In this document: positions 57,114 to 64,000 of the stretch, piece after piece
How positions within the stretch are numbered: the stretch's first letter is position 1
Layout: every line of letters begins with the position of its first letter
Assembly (NCBI GenBank): GCA_965205015.1
Contig: OZ242029.1
Span: 128,001-192,000 of the forward strand
Length of the DNA stretch: 64,000 bases
From: Candidatus Poribacteria bacterium
GTDB taxonomy: Bacteria; Poribacteria; WGA-4E; WGA-3G
Direction: 5' to 3'
Position numbers and translations under genes: made by a program
The notes under the pieces: generated by a model
What the model was told of the DNA's origin: nothing
Database searches by the model: none
What the model saw: the letters and a program-made list of their open reading frames with translations, nothing else

Positions 57114-57602
57114 CTATATCTCGTCTGCTTCTCCTAATGCATAAACAATAAGCGATTCATCCAGATACATTCCTTTTCCTTGCAAGGTAATTAAAAGAGG
57201 CTTGATTTCGCCAATCAAGCCTTCTTTTTTTGCCTTCAGCAAAATGCCTACTGTGCCTATGAATGGTAATCCGATTTTTAAAACTTCCTGTCGAGCCTTC
57301 TTCTCATCAATAATAATGAGACGTGTCTCGTGTTCATTTGCGAGTGCTAATACAGCGGCTTCGCCAGAATCAAGTCTGTCGTAAACCGATGCTTTTTCGG
57401 AATCTGCCAAATCGACGGTTTTGATCCACGGTGCATTGTTGAGTGCCTCTTGACGAGATCTCTTTTCGGTTCCAAGAAACTCCTTTTCAACCTCTTGTGG
57501 AATCCACACTTCTGTATAGAGATCTCGCAATAGGGAAAGGCGATCCAAGTGCCAAAGGGCAACAAGTGGACTGTTATTACTGATGACTGGATTTTCGGGC
57601 AT
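57114..57602 (-). CDS. DUF3368 (PIN-like) putative toxin
   Basis: VISNNSPLVAL, IPQEV, LDSGEAAVLALA, IDEKKAR, GTVGILL.AK..GLI. Confidence 0.88.
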   Translation of the reverse strand: MPENPVISNNSPLVALWHLDRLSLLRDLYTEVWIPQEVEKEFLGTEKRSRQEALNNAPWIKTVDLADSEKASVYDRLDSGEAAVLALANEHETRLIIIDEKKARQEVLKIGLPFIGTVGILLKAKKEGLIGEIKPLLITLQGKGMYLDESLIVYALGEADEI

Positions 57603-59025
57603 TCTCAAGCTCCGTTCGAAGATCTTCAGCTGTGCCAAAAGGAGAAAGCCCGTAATCCCCCATCAGATACATAAACTCTTCGCGCGACACGCCCGCGAGA
57701 CGGGCAGCGAGACCACTACTTAACTCTTCGTTTTCGTAATACTTCATCGCTAACGCGATACGCGTTTCTTTATCAATTTCAAGGGACCCTTGCCGTGGAG
57801 TTAACAGTTCTACAATGTCTTCTGGTACCCTGACACCTATTTTCTCTTCAAAAGTAAGTATACTGTCGTATGTATTATGAAACGCGTCGGCGATATCCAT
57901 ACCTTGAAGCATGGCAGCAGTCAAATCCCGTTGTGCTTCCTCCCATTTTCCGATGTGTAACCATGCCTCACCACGTGTATAGTAGGATCCAGCAACCTTT
58001 GGCTTCAGGACTATTGCTTGGCTATAATCAGCAATCGCTTTTTGTATTTCACCTTTGTAGCGATAGGCGTTACCCCGATGACTATACGCCTCTGTATAGT
58101 CCGAGTTCAACTCTATCACCGTAGTAAAATCTTTGATTGCTTGGTTAAAATCGTGTTTTATAAGACAAGCACCGCCGCGATTGTAATAAGCATCAACATG
58201 GTCAGGTTTAAGTTTTATCGATTTGTTAAAGTCTTTAATGGCAAGGTCAGTTTTGCCTTTGATGCCGTAGGCAGCACCGCGATTATAATATGCTTCGGCG
58301 TAACCAGGCTTGTGTTTAATTGCTGTGTTATAGTCTTCAATTGCTCGGTCCAGATCACCCTTTAAGTTGTAAGCAAGCCCACGATTATTGTAAACTACAA
58401 AATAATCTGGATTTAACTCTATCGCCCTGTTATAGTCGTTGATTGCAAAATCATATTTTCCTTTGTTGTGGTACGCTACACCACGATTGACATAGGCACT
58501 GGAATAATTTGGATCCAGTTGTATTGCCGTGCTGTAATCCTCAATTGCTATGTCAATCTCATTTTTGGAGTGAACAAGTCCACGATTGTTATAGGCACTA
58601 GCACTGCGTGGATCCAGGGCAATTGCTTTTGTGAAATCTTCAATTGCCTTATCACATTCATCCTGACTACCGTAAGCAGCACCACGGTTATTATAGATAG
58701 TAGCACAGCGCGAATCATGCGGAGTTTCTGAAACCAGAGTCAGTTTAATCGCTTCGTTATAGTCTTCAATTGCTTTTTCATGTTCACCTTTAAGGTAATA
58801 AGTGATTCCACGATTGCAATAGGAGCCCGCATAGCACGGACCCTTCTCTATCGCTTTGTTGAATTCGTCAATAGCAAGATTGTACTCACCCTTTTGGGCG
58901 TGAGCAATGCCTCTGGTATTGAGGATTTCAACTATGTCCCTTTTGGCGGATAGCGTATTGTCGGCATAAGCAAAACTGGAGTTGTAATATACAAGAGTAG
59001 GTTCTTGACTCAGTTGTTGCACCAC
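57577..59025 (-). CDS. TPR-repeat protein with C-terminal UPF0175 antitoxin-like domain
   Basis: About ten AYxNRG...AIxDY..AI.L.P repeats; then LAMKYYENEELSSGLAARLAGVSREEF...L; GGAGG RBS. Confidence 0.88.
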   Translation of the reverse strand: MVQQLSQEPTLVYYNSSFAYADNTLSAKRDIVEILNTRGIAHAQKGEYNLAIDEFNKAIEKGPCYAGSYCNRGITYYLKGEHEKAIEDYNEAIKLTLVSETPHDSRCATIYNNRGAAYGSQDECDKAIEDFTKAIALDPRSASAYNNRGLVHSKNEIDIAIEDYSTAIQLDPNYSSAYVNRGVAYHNKGKYDFAINDYNRAIELNPDYFVVYNNRGLAYNLKGDLDRAIEDYNTAIKHKPGYAEAYYNRGAAYGIKGKTDLAIKDFNKSIKLKPDHVDAYYNRGGACLIKHDFNQAIKDFTTVIELNSDYTEAYSHRGNAYRYKGEIQKAIADYSQAIVLKPKVAGSYYTRGEAWLHIGKWEEAQRDLTAAMLQGMDIADAFHNTYDSILTFEEKIGVRVPEDIVELLTPRQGSLEIDKETRIALAMKYYENEELSSGLAARLAGVSREEFMYLMGDYGLSPFGTAEDLRTELENARKSSHQ

Positions 59026-59188
59026 TTTTTACCTCCACAATGCGGGTTACTTGAGGGTAATGATAACATACTCAGAGAGTAGTGTCAAATGAAAAGCCGA
59101 AAATGAGATAATCCGAATGGTTTTCAAACCTCTTGAATTAAACACTCCGTTATGGTATCATGCGACAAATCTTGAACGGAGCCAGACG

Positions 59189-60361
59189 ATGAAAATTAAA
59201 GACATACAGACAGTCCGAATCAACGTGCCACAACGCGACACCAAACGCACAGAACCCCGCCGTGAGGCGTGGAATGTCCACGCTGAAGTCGCCAACCCGA
59301 TGTCGCGCTACCCGCAATACAAACGCCACCGTTCCAGTTGGATGCCGAAGACGTGGGATCAGGTCTACGTCAAAGTCACCGCCGAAGACGGCACTTGGGG
59401 CATAGGAGAAACCTCCTTCGGTACACCCGTCGCCGCAATCATTGATGAGCACTTCGCACCGATGTTGATCGGTGAAAACTGCTTCGCCGTTGAAAAGATT
59501 TGGGATATGATGTTCCGTATGTCCAAACCCTACGGTTCGCAAGGCTTAACCAGTTGTGCGATGAGCGGGGTTGACATCGCCTTGTGGGATCTGAACGGCA
59601 AAATTAAGAACCAACCCGTCTATGAACTGCTCGGTGGACCGCTACGTGAAAAGATGTTCGCTTACGCCACGGGCAACGATACCGATTGGCAGTTGGAACT
59701 CGGATTCAAAGCCGTGAAATTGGCGTGTCCCTACGGACCGGTGGACGGCGAATGGGGCTTGAAAGAGAACGAAAAACTGGTCGCGAAGACCAGAGAAACC
59801 GTCGGGGACGACGTTGAAATTATGCTCGATTGCTACATGGCTTTCGATGTCGATTATACCATCCGCTTAGCACACCGTCTCCGTCCGTATCGTCTCAAGT
59901 GGATTGAGGAGTTTCTCATTCCAGAAGATATTGACGGGTTAGTCAAAGTCAAAGAGGCTGTCGATTGGGTCAGCTTAGCCAGTGGCGAACACCATTACAC
60001 CCGTTTCCCATTTCAGCAGATTATCGAAAAACGGTGCCTGGATATCCTGCAACCCGATACCTTTTGGGTAGGTGGGATAACCGAATGCGTCAAAATCTGC
60101 CATCTCGCAGATGCTGCCGGACTCACTGTAATTTTCCATGGCGGCGGACTCCGGCAATCCGGACTCCATCTTTCCGCCGCTATGCCGAACACGCCTTGGG
60201 TGGAATACTATCTCGGCACCCCACCCGGTGTTCCGTTAGAGGAAACGAAATTGTTTGAAGGTGAGTCGCTCCCAACGGATAGCTACATCTCTCCAAATGA
60301 CGGTCCCGGACTCGGTTTGCACATTGAAGAGGCGTGGCTCACACCGAGGAATCCGCGATAA
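59189..60361 (+). CDS. L-rhamnonate dehydratase-like enolase superfamily protein
   Basis: VANPMSRYP, SGVDIALWDL.GK, GFKAVKL, MLDC, WIEE, GEH, QPD. Confidence 0.85.
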   Translation: MKIKDIQTVRINVPQRDTKRTEPRREAWNVHAEVANPMSRYPQYKRHRSSWMPKTWDQVYVKVTAEDGTWGIGETSFGTPVAAIIDEHFAPMLIGENCFAVEKIWDMMFRMSKPYGSQGLTSCAMSGVDIALWDLNGKIKNQPVYELLGGPLREKMFAYATGNDTDWQLELGFKAVKLACPYGPVDGEWGLKENEKLVAKTRETVGDDVEIMLDCYMAFDVDYTIRLAHRLRPYRLKWIEEFLIPEDIDGLVKVKEAVDWVSLASGEHHYTRFPFQQIIEKRCLDILQPDTFWVGGITECVKICHLADAAGLTVIFHGGGLRQSGLHLSAAMPNTPWVEYYLGTPPGVPLEETKLFEGESLPTDSYISPNDGPGLGLHIEEAWLTPRNPR

Positions 60362-60362
60362 T

Positions 60363-61022
60363 ATGATTCGCTATATCATCTTTCTGATCCTATTCTGTAT
60401 CGGTGGTAACGCGTCCGCCCAAACGCTCATTGATTCAATTATTGCGGTCATCAACGAAGATGCTATTACACGTAGCGAACTCGAAGATGAATTCCGTATC
60501 GCTGTACTTGTGGGCATACGCGCCGACACACCACCGACCGCTGCTGAGAAACGCGCCGTACTCAATACCATTATCAACCGCAAATTCGTCCTACAAGAAG
60601 CTGAACGCCGCGGTATCGTTGTAACCGAGCGTGAGACACAGGTCGCCGCAAAAATAGCAGAAATTTCCGACAAATATGCCTCGGACACAGCGTTCCAAAG
60701 CACTTTGCAGCAGTCCCAATTGGAAAAATCGGCAATAGACGCATGGATCTACGATCAGTTGATTTACCATGAATTCTTTCGCCGTATATTTTTCAATGCC
60801 GTCAACAGCGAAAAGGTCGCGCAATTAGCCAAGGCATATTACAATGCCAATAGCACCCAGTACCAAAAAACGTATGAAGAAGTCAGTGAGGAAATCACAG
60901 AGCGGATTCGGCAGGAACTGGCAAACGAACAGTTTGAAACGTGGTTAACCACACAGAAAGAAGAGGAAACTTGGCATATTTTGGATGATGAACTTGCTCA
61001 AGAGAAAAACGAGGCGAAGTAA
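60363..61022 (+). CDS. SurA-like periplasmic chaperone lacking PPIase domains
   Basis: Signal peptide; DSIIAVINEDAITRSEL; QEA.RRGI; FETWL; ATG at 60363. Confidence 0.7.
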   Translation: MIRYIIFLILFCIGGNASAQTLIDSIIAVINEDAITRSELEDEFRIAVLVGIRADTPPTAAEKRAVLNTIINRKFVLQEAERRGIVVTERETQVAAKIAEISDKYASDTAFQSTLQQSQLEKSAIDAWIYDQLIYHEFFRRIFFNAVNSEKVAQLAKAYYNANSTQYQKTYEEVSEEITERIRQELANEQFETWLTTQKEEETWHILDDELAQEKNEAK

Positions 61023-61074
61023 ACGGATGTGGTATAATTACCCCCGAAAACGTGTTAAAGACAGACAAACTACG

Positions 61075-62670
61075 GTGAGATGTGAACATTTCATCATCGT
61101 TACGCTTCTCCTTCTGTTCGCTGCGTCGGCGGTTGGAAACGATATAGCAGGCGCTCCCAAAGCGTTCCAGAAGCAGTTGCAAGATGCCCAGCATGCGTTT
61201 CAAGCCAAGAAGTGGCACGAGGCACTCCGTTTATACCGAGCCCTCGCTAAAAAGGCACCCGAATCCCCGATTGTTTACATCGGTGAGGGAGATGCCGCCG
61301 CAAAACTGAAGGACTATCCCACCGCTATTACCGCTTTTCAACATGCCTTGCAACACCTCTCAACACACCCTCAAGGCGACATTACAATATCTCGCCTACA
61401 GCTTACGGTGCAAGGTAAACTCGCTGCTGCATATCATCGCAATAAACAACTCGACGAAGCCGATATATGGTTCCAAAAAGCCGTTAAAGGCGCAGGCGAA
61501 GATGCCCCAGTAGCATGGTATCTCGCTTTAGGGCAGATTGAAACTGAGCGTGGTAACTTAGAGCAGGCACGCAGATATTATATCGTTGCCGTGCAGCTAC
61601 ATCCAGAGACAACCGCTGCCTACAATAATCTTGGGCACATCCTTCTCAAACTCAACCGTATCGACGAAGCAGATGCCGTATTTCGGGAAGCACTCACCCA
61701 AGACGGGACCCTTGCGAGTGCTGCCTTCGGGCGCGGTGAAGTCGGCGCAAGACGCGGCCAATTTGCTGTCGCCCAACGCTTCTATGAACGTGCCATCCGA
61801 CATGCCCCAGACGAACCTATCTTTCACAAATCACTCGCAGATGTTCTCCATCATATGGGAAACAACAGAGAAGCCGAAATCGCCGAAGCGCGGCATCGCC
61901 GAACGCTGGCAGAACGCTACCGTCGCCAAGCCCATTGGTTCATTGAGAATAAACAACCACAGCGCGCCTTAATACCTCTCCAAAAAGCCATTGAAGCGGA
62001 TAAAACCTTCATTGCCGCATTGAAAGACTACGCCTACGTTCAGATGCAACTCGGCGAATTCGCAGATGCAAAGCAATCGTATCAGCGTGTACTCACGATA
62101 GAACCCGCTTCACGTCAGGCACTTCTGCACCTCGGCATGATAGATGCCAAACTCGGAAACCAAGCGGCAGCGGTTTCACACTATCTCGCGCTGATCCAAC
62201 ACGAACCGGATTTTATGGACACCTACGTGCAACTCGCAAACTTGCATGAGAAATCCGGGGATTTACCAGCCGCCGCAAACGCGCTCACGATGGGGATACA
62301 CCACGAACCGACATGGGCACCAGGATATTTGTGGCGTGGAAAGATTTACCAAAAGCAGAATGAATCCAGCATGGCAGAAACCGATTTCCGTCGCGCCATT
62401 CACCTCGCCCCGGATGTCCCGTTCCCGAAAGAAGCATTAGCGTCCCTACTTGCAGAAGAAAACAGGCAACTCCCTGAAGCCCTCACTCTCGCCGAGATTG
62501 CCGTTAAAAGCGAAGATCGACCGACACACCGTGCCACGCTTGCCTTCGTCTATTACCGTCTCAACCGCATTCCCGAGGCACGCCGTGAAATTGCAGCTGC
62601 GCTCACTCAAGCGCCTAAACACCCCTATATTCTAAGAATTCGCTCAGAAATTCTAAAAACCGATCCATAG
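61075..62670 (+). CDS. secreted tetratricopeptide repeat protein
   Basis: Signal peptide after GTG at 61075 (the upstream TGtggTATAAT looks like a -10 box); multiple TPRs such as AYNNLG. The start is uncertain; 61027 is the alternative. Confidence 0.85.
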   Translation: MRCEHFIIVTLLLLFAASAVGNDIAGAPKAFQKQLQDAQHAFQAKKWHEALRLYRALAKKAPESPIVYIGEGDAAAKLKDYPTAITAFQHALQHLSTHPQGDITISRLQLTVQGKLAAAYHRNKQLDEADIWFQKAVKGAGEDAPVAWYLALGQIETERGNLEQARRYYIVAVQLHPETTAAYNNLGHILLKLNRIDEADAVFREALTQDGTLASAAFGRGEVGARRGQFAVAQRFYERAIRHAPDEPIFHKSLADVLHHMGNNREAEIAEARHRRTLAERYRRQAHWFIENKQPQRALIPLQKAIEADKTFIAALKDYAYVQMQLGEFADAKQSYQRVLTIEPASRQALLHLGMIDAKLGNQAAAVSHYLALIQHEPDFMDTYVQLANLHEKSGDLPAAANALTMGIHHEPTWAPGYLWRGKIYQKQNESSMAETDFRRAIHLAPDVPFPKEALASLLAEENRQLPEALTLAEIAVKSEDRPTHRATLAFVYYRLNRIPEARREIAAALTQAPKHPYILRIRSEILKTDP

Positions 62671-62705
62671 GGTCAACTTCCGAATAATGACTTCCACGTT
62701 TTTTG

Positions 62706-62734
62706 TTGAAAATTAAAGTGGAAAATAGTATAAT
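62706..62734 (+). promoter_or_regulatory. sigma70-type promoter
   Basis: TTGAAA-17 nt-TATAAT. Confidence 0.55.
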
Positions 62735-62761
62735 TTACTCAAATTGTATGGTACATGGATA

Positions 62762-62927
62762 TGGAGAGTCCCGTTTTAACCTGAACAGGCTTTATTAGCC
62801 ACACCATGAGATTCGCGATTCTTCCATAATTGTCTACTTTAGTATATAGAGTGAGTCTATCTATTTTTTATTACATTTGCCAAAGCAGATCTCACATCTC
62901 CGACCCGAAGGTTCGGGGTTTTAAACC
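62762..62927 (-). mobile_element. possible non-autonomous IS200/IS605-derived element
   Basis: Subterminal hairpin aaaccccgaaccttcgggtcggagatgtgag at one end and ttcaggttaaaacgggactctcca at the other resemble IS200/IS605 ends; no transposase. Confidence 0.35.
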
Positions 62928-62956
62928 TAAAGGAAATTTGATAAGGAGCCCTAACA

Positions 62957-63358
62957 ATGTTAAAATTTCAGATGTTTTTAATTGCAGTTTTGATCGCCTG
63001 TTTCGCCTTTGTATCCTGTGAAAGAGCGCAGCAGGTCTTGACACCGGCTACGGATAGTATGATGTCAGGTAGCGATTCGGAAAAGATGGACACCTCCATG
63101 GGCGAAACCGACATGGATAAAGACATGGACGGCGAAACCGACATGGATAAAGACATGGATGGTGAAACCGACATGGATAAAGACATGGACGACGAAACCG
63201 ACATGGATAAAGACACGGATAAAGACATGGACGGCGAAACCGACATGGATAAAGACACGGACGGCGAAACCGACATGGATAAAGACACGGACGGCGATGC
63301 CACGAAAGGTGATGATGACGCGGGTAGCACAGCTATTGAAAATACTGGTGCCGAATAG
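62957..63358 (+). CDS. lipoprotein with Asp/Met-rich decapeptide repeats
   Basis: AAGGAG RBS; lipobox FVSC; (GETDMDKDMD) x6. Confidence 0.8.
   Translation: MLKFQMFLIAVLIACFAFVSCERAQQVLTPATDSMMSGSDSEKMDTSMGETDMDKDMDGETDMDKDMDGETDMDKDMDDETDMDKDTDKDMDGETDMDKDTDGETDMDKDTDGDATKGDDDAGSTAIENTGAE
63101..63298 (+). repeat. 30-bp coding tandem repeat, about 6 copies, one with a 12-bp insertion
   Basis: Unit ggcgaaaccgacatggataaagacatggac. Confidence 0.95.
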
Positions 63359-63673
63359 TCCGATATCATAATCCCTATAAAAACGGAATTGATCACTCTA
63401 CTCTATTTTGGAGGGGTCAGTTCCGTTTTTTCTTCGGTGTCGTTCGCACTGACATCTTTCTCCCCTATTCCTCCATCCACTCCAAACTATAGAGAAGAGC
63501 ATCTCCACAGTTTTTTCTTGAAAATTAAGTCGCAATGCTATATCATTTAAAGTGAGGTTGTGTAACATATAAACGCGAAGAGGACCACAATAATGTGGAT
63601 GGGCTTTGTCGCTTAAAGCTTGTAACTCTTTGATGTCTTTTCACTTTCAAATATAAAATAAGGAACATTAACA

Positions 63674-64000
63674 ATGTTAAAACTCCAGGCCGCTTTAATT
63701 GCTGTTTTAATCGCTTCTGTCGCCTTCGTATCCTGCGACAGAGCACAGCAAATGTTGGATCCTGTCGTCGTCGAGGATATGAGGACAGAGATGAAGAAAA
63801 TACTGGACGCAGGAACGTATACGTCGTGGGCGCATGTCGCACTTCCCGCGCCTACTGTCTCCGTCGCTGAGGCTACAACCGCCGCTGAGACTGGGGCGGC
63901 TCACAACCCAGGCAGCGATGTTTTTACCTCACGCACTGTCTACATCAACGAAATGGGTGCCATGGCGAACAAGGCAGGAACAGCATATCCCGCTGGCACC
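63674..64000 (+). CDS. lipoprotein, possibly cytochrome P460-like (3'-truncated; missing from ORF track)
   Basis: MLKLQAALIAVLIASVAFVSCDRAQQ...YTSW...AAH...SRTVYIN...YPAGT; open to window end; the CxxCH motif would lie outside the window. Confidence 0.6.
   Translation, partial: MLKLQAALIAVLIASVAFVSCDRAQQMLDPVVVEDMRTEMKKILDAGTYTSWAHVALPAPTVSVAEATTAAETGAAHNPGSDVFTSRTVYINEMGAMANKAGTAYPAGT

Noticed and set aside
63101-63298. 30-bp repeats as a CRISPR array
   Set aside because: Units are head-to-tail with no unique spacers, keep the frame inside a lipoprotein ORF, and no cas genes are present.
1-64000. rRNA, tRNA, prophage or intact IS transposase genes
   Set aside because: No such signatures were recognised by eye; short RNAs could be missed without a covariance-model scan.

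Overview
Gene-dense bacterial window of about 50% GC. The gene content strongly suggests Candidatus Poribacteria, a sponge-symbiont lineage (inference only): PhyH dioxygenases, many Gfo/Idh/MocA and TIM-barrel sugar enzymes, LamG proteins, LRR/YWTD/cohesin-dockerin surface proteins, and ECF sigma factors with long C-terminal extensions. From left to right it holds: the end of glgP, hisB, glgC, a PhyH pair, envelope proteins, dtd, uxuA, a type II R-M pair, an Rpn-family nuclease, a ThDP decarboxylase and sugar isomerases. An 18-32 kb block follows with two membrane-anchored ECF sigma-sensor fusions and two large modular secreted LRR proteins. Then come catabolic genes, four tandem near-identical Gfo/Idh/MocA paralogues, and seven secreted proteins that share a C-terminal 'LAVxxxxKLxxTWGxLK' tail. 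The right end has an MTase-HNH fusion, two PIN toxin-antitoxin pairs (one antitoxin fused to a long TPR array), and SurA-like, TPR and lipoprotein genes. No rRNA, tRNA or CRISPR array was seen. The best candidates for new biology are (1) the TWG-K C-terminal tail as a protein-sorting signal and (2) one-component sigma-TM-sensor proteins with swappable extracytoplasmic modules, a shared upstream ECF-type promoter element and a frameshift-hidden dockerin. All product calls come from motif recognition by eye; no database searches were run.
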